Shown here: piece by piece, positions 55,064-64,000 of the stretch
How the letters are laid out: every line of letters begins with the position of its first letter
How positions within the stretch are numbered: the stretch's first letter is position 1
NCBI GenBank assembly: GCA_964016885.1
Contig: OZ024744.1
Location: forward strand, 102,610,001-102,674,000
Direction: 5' to 3'
Length of the DNA stretch: 64,000 nt
Source of the DNA: Eledone cirrhosa
Lineage: Eukaryota
The notes under the pieces: model-generated
What the model saw: only the letters and a program-made list of their open reading frames with translations
Told to the model about the DNA's origin: nothing
Databases searched by the model: none
Translations under genes and position numbers: made by a program

Positions 55064-55829
55064 TCTATTCTATTCTAGGGCGGGTAAAATTCCGGAGATC
55101 CATGGACGAGTTCTCTCCAGCGGTCTCTGTCCCTAATTATCGCTGCCATGTCCTGCGTCTCCAACAGGCCAGTGTCTGTCCTTAGGGCATCAACATACGT
55201 TAACCTTGGTCTTCCTCTTCTAGTGTGTCCATGCAGGGGCCCCCAAAGGAGCACTGAGTGCAATGTCAACTCTGGATGTCGGTGAGCATGTCCAGCTAAC
55301 CTCAGTCTCCTCTGTGTCACTTTTGAGCTGACTTTTGGGAGGCTCCCATACAGCTCTGAGTTTTTCATCCTCAGTGTATACTGATTAATGTTCAGAGCCA
55401 TCCTCAGCATTCTCGTGTAGCACCCATCCACCATCTGAGTGAGTTTCTTGGTCAGTCAGACCCGTACAGCAGCACAGACTCCACTACAGCAATGAAGAGA
55501 TAGATTTTCAGGTCTTTACAAAGGTCCGACTTCCACACCGATCTCAAGCTGTGGCACATCGCCCAGGCTTTGCTCTTCCTCTCAACCACATCATCTTCCG
55601 TATTCCCAATCTTTGCTCCCAAATACAGGAAGTCCTCAACCAATTCTAGCAGCTTTCTGCCTACATTAGTGATCCCCTCTGGCTTCTCAACATTCTCTAC
55701 CAGATATTTTGTTTTAGTCTCATTCATTCTCAGCCCCACACTCATCGACACAGTCTCAACCTCCTGCATCAAATCATCTGCCTCCTTCACTGTATTTGTC
55801 ACCAAAACTATGTCGTCGGCAAATTCAGA
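55064..55829 (-). mobile_element. RTE-type LINE 3' fragment, same family as 27.6 kb
   Basis: Near-identical translation to 27599-28370. Confidence 0.9.
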
Positions 55830-56088
55830 TGTATATATATATATATATATACACACACATCATCATCATCATCATCATCATCGTTTAACATCCATTTTCC
55901 ACGCTAGCATGGGTTAGACGGGAGTTGTCCCAATTTGAGTCAAGGTTGGTCGGGTGACCGTGTCTCGCTCATATAGGACTATCTGGCAGGTTTTCTACGG
56001 CTGGATGCCCTTCCTAACACCAACCACATTTACAGTGTGGAACTGGGAACTTTTTACCGTGCCACATTACAGCGTGGACTGTGTTTTT

Positions 56089-56125
<37 letters not shown>

Positions 56126-56296
56126 CGAAGGAAGTGTGGTAAGGAACCAGGTGGACCATAATGCATCAGATTACTCAATACTAAGGGTAGTAGAGTGGGT
56201 AATAGGATATTTATTACCACACTAAAAATCTAATTTAGTCTAGAAATAGCCATCGAAACGGCTTGAGCTCTGCCGTCGGGGTCTTGAACATTTTTC

Positions 56297-56327
<31 letters not shown>

Positions 56328-57215
56328 GAGACATGGGCAGCAACTGCATAGGATATGCGATGGCTGGAGAGAAATGAGGCAAGCATGCTCTGTTGGATGT
56401 GCAGTGTCAATGTGCGTGAACGACCCAGCATGAATGTGTTGAGAGAGAAACTGTGTCTGGAGGATGACCGATGGGTGAAGAAGTGCCAGGAAATGCCAGT
56501 TGAAGGAAGACGTGGTAGAGGTAGACCACGAAAAACATGGGCGGAGGTGGTGAGAACAGACCTCAGATCGCTGAAGCTCACGGTGGAGATGACGAAGGAC
56601 TGTCAGTGTTTTGAGATCACCTTGCTTTTCAACTAAAAATGGATTCAATAGGGTTTTACCAAAATTAACCTGGGCCTTCATGTCCTTCTGAAGAATCACA
56701 GTTATATTTACAAACTTTTCAAAACAGCCAAATTTCTTCAACACTAGCCATAGTATGTTCTTGTTAACCATGTCAAAATCATTACTAAGATCTATTAAAC
56801 AATGGTATAAGCTCATATTTTGTTCATTCCATTTCTCTTGTAGTTACTGGATGGTGAAGATCATATTAATTGTCCCTCGAGAAGGGCAGAAGCCACATCG
56901 TGACTCTGCTACAACTCTACAATGAATTTATCAAGGTGTTCTAAGGGAATACAAGAAAACACCTTTCCAACAACTAACAACAAAGATATTCCATGGAAAT
57001 TTCCACATAGGTCCTTGGGAGCAGAATTATACAGGGAAATGAGTTGACCAACCCCATGTAGGCATGTCTCCGAGAGAGCTACTATATCCAATGGATATCT
57101 TTTCAATTCATGAGTGATCAATGTTGTTTGTTTCTCTGGGATTTAAATCTAATAGTCTTCCACTAGAGTAAGCACATTCCACCAAGCAAGTTTCATAGTA
57201 TGTTTAACTTTCTCA
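56328..57215. mobile_element. Decayed RTE LINE fragments (plus 56328-56606; minus 56615-57215)
   Basis: GRPRKTW fragment matching 17.9-18.4 kb; DIVALSET, GISLL.V.GK and DLS..FD.V motifs. Confidence 0.7.
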
Positions 57216-58879
57216 CGACAGGATAATGACTGGGCCCTGCCTGTGGCACACTGGGTGACATGTGAAGCCACACCTGTTCATGAGTCATTCCCAAGTCCTT
57301 ATTGCCATTTACTGATTTTATTTGAAACATTTCCAATGAGTTTCAAGAGCACTTTAAGGTTAGTACTAACCATACAGCTAGTAACTGTGTAGTTAAACAT
57401 ACTTGGAATCGATAATAGTTTGCACAGACCTACCCCATTTCTTGATGATAGAAGATTTTTATTGTGTGATATATTGTGTGACATATTGTGTGACATATTG
57501 TGTGACATGGAATAACAAGACCAAGAACATCTAGGGCTTTTATTTCAGAGTTTTCCATTTCCTATATGACATCTGGCGTCACGCAGTAATACAGAAGATC
57601 CGACTTCCCACGGGTACAAGCTGAAGCTGAAGCATATAGACAATATGCCCTCAATGTGGTCATGGAGGTGTCACGACAAAAAGCACCCAGTACTCACTGT
57701 AAATGAGGTTGATGTTAGAAAGGGCATCCAGCTGTAGAAATCAAGCCAAAATCAGTTCCCGTATGAGCAAGACAAGATCACCTGGCCTGGCAATGCCCAC
57801 AACAGGACAACCCGTCTAACCCATGCTAGCATGGAAGAATGGACATAATACGATGATGATGATATATATATATATCACCATCATCATCATCACTGTTTTT
57901 AAATCTGTTTACCTCTATGCTTGTATGAGTTAGATCAGTCATTTCTAGCACAGCATCCCTCGACTTATCATGCTCCTTCATCAACAGTGATTCAGTGATT
58001 TGAGATCAGCTCTCACTTCCTTGATCTTCTACTTTAATTCCCTTCCACTGGAATGTCTTGTCACTTCTCCAACCAATGGTATCAACCATATGCATCACAT
58101 GACATTACCAGTGCAGTCTTTTGTCCTGAATACATTTGATTCCCCTTACATCCAAATTTCCTCTTGCATTCTTTGTCATATGTATGCATGTGTATGTGTG
58201 TATGTTTGTGTAAACATGTTGATAGAGATGCAGATATACATACACACACATATATCTTCTTCTTCCTCGCCCACTTATTCCTAAGAGGGTCGTGGAATTT
58301 GCAGACGACATAGTGTTACTTAACTCAACAGAAGGCGATCTCCGACTTGCACTCAGTATGTTTGATGCCAAGTGTTACATAGCTGCAATGAAAACAGTGC
58401 TGTAAAAACTGAGACACTCATCCTCTCAATGAAGCCTGCGCAGTATACCCAACATGTGAATGGAGTTCCACTGAAGCAGGTAGAGAAGTTCAAGTATCTC
58501 GGGGCCATGTTCATGAGTAATGGAAGTCAGGAGGCTAAATTAATTGCAAGAATTGCAGGAGCTGGTGCAGTAATGCACTGGCTTCAGCATTCGGTAATCA
58601 GAAAAAGGGAGGTAGGTGTAAAAGCCAAACATATATATATATATATACCACGATACATTAACGGAGCCATAGACTCTCGCTGTTCCCTGTAAATAATGTG
58701 CTCAAAAGGAGAGGAAATCCTGGGCACTTTAAAATACAATATGTTGAAAAGGTAACACACTAGAGAGAGATACAGTGCGCCATCAATAAAACAGGGAAAA
58801 AACCACCAGTGTATGGAATCTATAACCTATGAAAGGCAGAATATAGACACGATAATTAATATATATATATATATATATA

Positions 58880-59213
58880 TCATCATTTCATTTTACGTCC
58901 GCTTTTCCCTGCTTGCAAGGGTGGGACGGGAACTGATGCTGGCTTGATTTCTACAGCTGGATGCCCTTCCTAACACCAACCTCATTTACAGTGAGTGCTG
59001 GGTGCTTTTTTGCCGTGGCACCTCCACGACCACTTTGCAGTGGAATGATAGGGACCCCAGCCCCTATCATCTCATTTCTACAGCTGAGTAAACTGGAGCA
59101 ATGTGAAATAAAGTGTCTTGCTCAAGGAAACAACACATCACCCGGTCTGAGAATTGAACTCACAACCTTTCGATTGCAAGCCCAATGCTCTAACCACTAA
59201 GCCATGTGCCTCC
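58880..59213 (-). mobile_element. SINE family B, full length
   Basis: Matches family B. Confidence 0.88.
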
Positions 59214-59217
59214 ATAT

Positions 59218-59545
59218 ATATACGATATTAAATAAATGGAAACTATATTTATAAAACCATATTTATTTCATTATACATATTTCGGGGATACCAAATTAAA
59301 ATATGGCATGCCTTCGTCAGATAAAATACAATATATAAACAGTTATATTGTATTTTATCTGACGAAGGCATGCCATATTTTAATTTGGTATCCCCGAAAT
59401 ATGTATAATGAAATAAATATGGTTTTATAAATATAGTTTCCATTTATTTAATATCGTATATCTACTCCAAAAACTTGTCGAGTGCTTTATATCAGTTATA
59501 AAATATTTACTTGTTGTATCCCAACAATTTTAAATAAAACTTTTG
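59218..59545. mobile_element. Fold-back Penelope-like remnant with 118-bp arms and tail
   Basis: Arms 59218-59335/59344-59461, 8-nt spacer; tail 59462-59545. Confidence 0.82.
59353..59413 (+). ncRNA. Type I hammerhead ribozyme (mirror copy on minus strand 59266-59326)
   Basis: TTTTAT-CTGACGA-A-GGcATGCCA..TGGTAT-CC-C-GAAAT-ATGT-ATA-ATGAAA. Confidence 0.85.
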
Positions 59546-59580
59546 CATATATAGATATATATATATATTTAATATAGAAA

Positions 59581-59631
59581 GGCTTCTACAGGACTAGAAC
59601 TGTTTCATTCCAGAGAAATCATCAGGAAGCC
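59581..59631 (-). ncRNA. Hammerhead variant with displaced helix I, in fold-back 59568-59748
   Basis: GGCTTC-CTGATGA-TTTC-tctg-GAAT-GAAAC-AGTTCTA-GTC-ctgta-GAAGCC. Confidence 0.75.
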
Positions 59632-60086
59632 CTGAAATGAAACAGTTCTAGTCCTGTAGAAGCCTTTCTATATTAAATATTTATACTCTGCTTTGTATTG
59701 AGTACTTTACTTACTGTGGTTACCCCCAATTGCACCCAGGATAAACTTATATATTTATATATATCATCATCATCATTTTACGTCCGCTTTTCCCTGCTTG
59801 CAAGGGTGGGACGGGTCTTATTCAGCACAGCATAATGTGGCCGTGTAGGTAATACGGTAAATGTAATGTGGCCGTGTAGGTAACACGGTAAAAACCTCCC
59901 AGTCCACACTGTAAACGTGGTTGGTGTTAGGAAGGGCATCCAGCCATAGAAAACTGCCAGACAGTCCTATACGAGCAAGACAACCAATCTTACCTCAAGT
60001 GGGAAAATTCCCATCCAAACCCATGCAAGCGTGGAAGATGGACGTTAAACAATGATGATGATGATGATGATATATATATATATATT

Positions 60087-60327
60087 ATTTCACATTGCTC
60101 CAGTTTACTCAGCTGTAGAAATGAGATGATAGGGACTGGGGGTCCCTATCATTCCACTGCAAAGTGGTCGTGGAGGTGCCACGGCAAAAAAGCACCCAGC
60201 ACTCACTGTAAATGAGGTTGGTGTTAGGAAGGGCATCCAGCTGTAGAAATCAAGCCAGAATCAGTTCCCGTCCCACCCTTGCAAGCAGGGAAAAAGCAGA
60301 CGTAAAATGAAATGATGATGATGATGA
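60087..60327 (+). mobile_element. SINE family B, 5'-truncated
   Basis: Matches family B 3' two-thirds. Confidence 0.85.
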
Positions 60328-60513
60328 TTTCTATATATATATATATGTGTGTGTGAGTCCCGGGTTCAATCGTGGGTAACGACAGTTAGTAAGGTACTCA
60401 AGACATTTCTATATTAAATATGATATATCATCATCATCATCATTTTATGTTCGCTTTTCCCTGCTTGCAAGGGTGAAACGGGTCCTATATATATATAGGA
60501 CCCGTCTCACCCT

Positions 60514-60544
<31 letters not shown>

Positions 60545-60555
60545 ACCTACTACAG

Positions 60556-60901
60556 TCAGTAGGCATCTCTAACAAAATACACACCCCCCCACCCCTTCAA
60601 TGTAAAGTTATGTTGGTGCCACACCATCCAGGCCGAAACAAATGAGGTCGTGTAGGTGTCACGTAAAAAAAACACACAGTCCACGCTGTAATGTGGCCGT
60701 GTAGGCAACACGGTAAAAACCTCCCAGCCCCACACTGTAAATGTGGTTGGTGTTAGGAAGGGCATCCAGCTGTAGAAAACCCGCCAGACAGTCCTATGCG
60801 AGCAAGACAACCACTCTTGCCTCAAGTGGGAAAACCCTCCGTCCAAACCCATGCAAGCATGGAACACGGACGTTAAACGATGATGATGATGATGATGATG
60901 A
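60556..60901 (+). mobile_element. Retroposon 3' region, monomeric relative of the 142-bp array
   Basis: Single copy of the 142-bp unit in reverse orientation, with (ATG)n tail. Confidence 0.75.
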
Positions 60902-61249
60902 TATATATATATATATACATACATACACATACATACATACACATACATACATACATATATGGACATTAAATGGTGATTATGATGATGATTAAACTAGTTT
61001 AATGCTTTACAATTATTTTATCCGAATTCAAAATAATTGTAAAGCAATGAACAAGTTAAAAACTTGACTCCATCTCTTTGTTTAGCTATACTCGGTCTTT
61101 ACATCTCTCTTTCTCCTTTAAAATGTCTCTCATTTCTTCTAACCATCACTACATAAACATATTGAGCTCTGTATAAAACTAATTGCCAATTATATACTCT
61201 CTTATATAGCTTTCTACAGACAAATATATTTTTACCCATGCTATATATA

Positions 61250-61289
<40 letters not shown>

Positions 61290-61292
<3 letters not shown>

Positions 61293-61621
61293 CATCATCA
61301 TCATCATTTTACGTCCACTTTTCCCTGCTTGCAAGGGTGGGACGGGAACTGATTCTGGCTTGATTTCTACAGCTGGATGCCCTTCCTAACACCAACCTCA
61401 TTTACAGTGTGGGCTGGGTGCTTTTTTGCCGTGGCACCTCCACGACCACTTTGCAGTGGAATGATATGGACCTCAGTCCCTATCATCTCATTTCTACAGC
61501 TGAGTAAACTGGAGCAATGTGAAATAAAGTGTCTTGCTCAAGGAAACAACACATCACCCAGTCTGAGAATTGAACTCACAACCTTTCGATTGCAAGGCCA
61601 ATGCTCTAACCACTAAGCCAT
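61290..61621 (-). mobile_element. SINE family B
   Basis: Matches family B. Confidence 0.88.
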
Positions 61622-62029
61622 ATATATATATATATATATATGTGAAATAATAATAAATTTGAAGACTAAAATCCAAAGCAGCGATTCTTTGCTTAAACTT
61701 TAATCTGTTATTTTAATAAATATATATATATAGTACCTATTCACGTGACATTCAACAACCAACCAAATCTTAATACCTCTGGAGCCACTTTTTTCACATA
61801 AAACAGTAAGAATTTCCAAAACTGATCAGATTAGAGCCAAAATCACGAGCGCTCTATCTCAAAATTATTTTTGAAAAGCATTAGAAATGCGCAACCGGTA
61901 AAAACTTAAAACTAAAACTGAATACTAACTAATATTTATTACTAATTTATACTTATTCTTAATTAAACTATTTTTCACTGGAAAAAATTTGTCAGCATTT
62001 TCTTTTCCTTTTTACTAATATATATATAA

Positions 62030-62445
62030 TCAGCAGGAGAGATGACGCCTTACCCTTTGTCAAGGCAGAATTCTAGGAGAAGGAAAACTCTGATATAACA
62101 CCTGCAACCCTGATGGTATCCAATGATGTTGACTTGTTCTTCTTTTTGGTAAATATTATCTTGGTTAAGAGAGTGGGACTGGCTTTGTGCAGTGCCTTTG
62201 CTCACTATAAAAGCTTCGCGGCACAGGCATTGCTTTATATCTGCAGATCTCTCTGCACTTGTCGTCACATGGTACCATGGGCCCAGCACTATGTGTCAAT
62301 AATTGTCACAAGTGTAGTGTTTGTACCAGAGTTTTCAAGTCGGTGGCTGGACTAAAAAGTCACACTCGTTCAGGGCATCGGTAGGGGTTCTCCTACATGG
62401 ATATGAAGTAGTGGCCGTACTCGAAAACGAGTTGGCAGCCACCAT
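62030..62445 (+). mobile_element. Unclassified interspersed repeat (family Q), truncated
   Basis: Reverse complement of ~14209-14620. Confidence 0.75.
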
Positions 62446-62466
62446 ATATATATATAAATAAATATA

Positions 62467-64000
62467 AAGTAACAGAAAGAGTTATAGCACAGTTGATTAG
62501 GGACCGGGTAAAACTAGATGAGATGCAATTTGGGTTTGTACCAGGAAGAGGCACCACTGATGCCCTCTTCCTTGTAAGGCAGTTACAGGAAAAGTACCTA
62601 GCTAAAAGTAAGCCACTCTACCTGGCATTTGTCGACCTTGAGAAAGCCTTTGACAGAGTTCCACATGCTGTAATCTGGTGGGCTCTTAGAAAACTAGGAG
62701 TAGATGAATGGCTTGTGAAAGCGGTACATGCCATGTAGAGGGGAGCAGTCAGCAAAGTTAGGATTAACAATGAGTATAGCGAGGAATTTAGCGTATAGGT
62801 TGGGGTCCACCAGGGCTCTGTTCTTGGCCCCCTCCTGTTTATCATAGTCCTGCAGGCAATAACGGAGGAGTTTAAGACCGGATGCCCATGGAAACTCCTG
62901 TATGCTGATGACCTCGCACTTATAGCTGAATCTATGGTAGAACTAGAGAAGAAATTCCAAACTTGGAAGCAGGGACTTTGTCAACATGACAAAGACTAAG
63001 GTCCTTGTAAGTAGATGAGAAAACAGAACCCAGATGCCCTCAGGGAAATGGCCTTGCTCAGTATGTAGGAACTCCATTCTCTGCCCCAAATGCAACCAAT
63101 GGGTACACAAGAGATGTAGCGGGATCTCAGGAAGCTTAATTAAGAATGTAGGCTTCACATGCATCAGCTGTGCTGGGACAGCAAGCAGCAAACAGCCACA
63201 GGAAACAAGTACCACCAATCTCTGGGAGGGCTCTGTAGAAACAGTAGACAGCTTCTGCAACCTAGGTGACCGAATTAGCAGCGGAGGTGGGTGTTCAGAA
63301 AGTACAATAACTAGGGTAAGAACGGGATGGAAGAAGTTTAGGAAACTACTACCACTGCTAGCTGCAAAAGGCTTCTCCCTCAGAATGAAAGGCAGACTGT
63401 GTGATGCGTGTATCCGAACAGCGATGTTGCATGGTAGTGAGACCTGGGCGCTGAAGGTGGAAGACTTACGTAGGTTAGAGAGAAATGAAGCCTGCATGCT
63501 CCGATGGATGTGTAACAGTAATATACGTCAACGACAAAGCATAAATGAATTGAGAGAGAGACTGAGCATAAGAGGAAACAAATGCTGTGTGCAGGAGAGG
63601 CGGTTGCGCTGGTATGGACATGTGATGCGTATGAAGGATGACAGCTGCATAAAAAGGTGCAGACACTAGAAGTCGATGGAAACCGCGAAGTGGGGAGACC
63701 CAAGATGACCTGGGATGAGGTGATAAAAGCCGACCTTACCCAATTACACCTCTCAAAGGCAATGACACATGACCGTGACCTCTGGCGTCACGCAGTAATA
63801 CAGAGTACCCGACCTCCCATGGGTACAAGCTGAAGCATATAGACAATATGCCCCCCCCCCCCACCGCAAGGTGGTCGTGGAGGTGCCACGGCAAAAAAGT
63901 ACCCAGCCCACACTGTAAAGTGGACGTGTAGGCACCACGAAAAAGCACCCAGCACTCACTGTAAATGAGGTTGGTGTTAGGAAGGGCATCCAGCTGTAGA
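62467..64000 (+). mobile_element. RTE-clade LINE 3' half with Cys-rich insert and SINE-B-like 3' UTR
   Basis: QFGF.PGRGTTDA, DLEKAFDRV, LLYADDL, KWPCSVC..C..C..WVHKRC, RLRWYGHV; stops and frameshifts. Confidence 0.9.

Overview
Repeat-dense, AT-rich eukaryotic DNA with no convincing host gene. The (TA)n/(CA)n microsatellite load and the tRNA-SINE and RTE repertoire resemble a cephalopod (octopus-like) genome; that is an inference. Recognisable content: two Buster-type hAT transposons with TIRs and 8-bp TSDs, two decayed Gypsy LTR elements, many RTE LINE fragments (two with twin-priming-type 5' inversions), one R4/Dong-like LINE fragment, Helitron remnants, several tRNA-derived SINE families, three satellite/minisatellite arrays and a 200-N gap. 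The main signal not shown by the ORF track is a set of about 20 short, mutually divergent insertions, mostly in (TA)n tracts. Many are inverted repeats, and they carry type I hammerhead ribozyme motifs with palindromic helix III and often very long helix II. One is a 3-kb palindrome encoding a C-terminal GIY-YIG endonuclease, which identifies the group as Penelope-like (probably Hydra-clade) retroelements. Across unrelated families, one arm stops at a TA just upstream of a conserved (A/G)CTC...GAG(T/C) hairpin found only in the longer arm's tail, suggesting a shared cis-element for target-primed reverse transcription. All structures were read by eye; none were computed.
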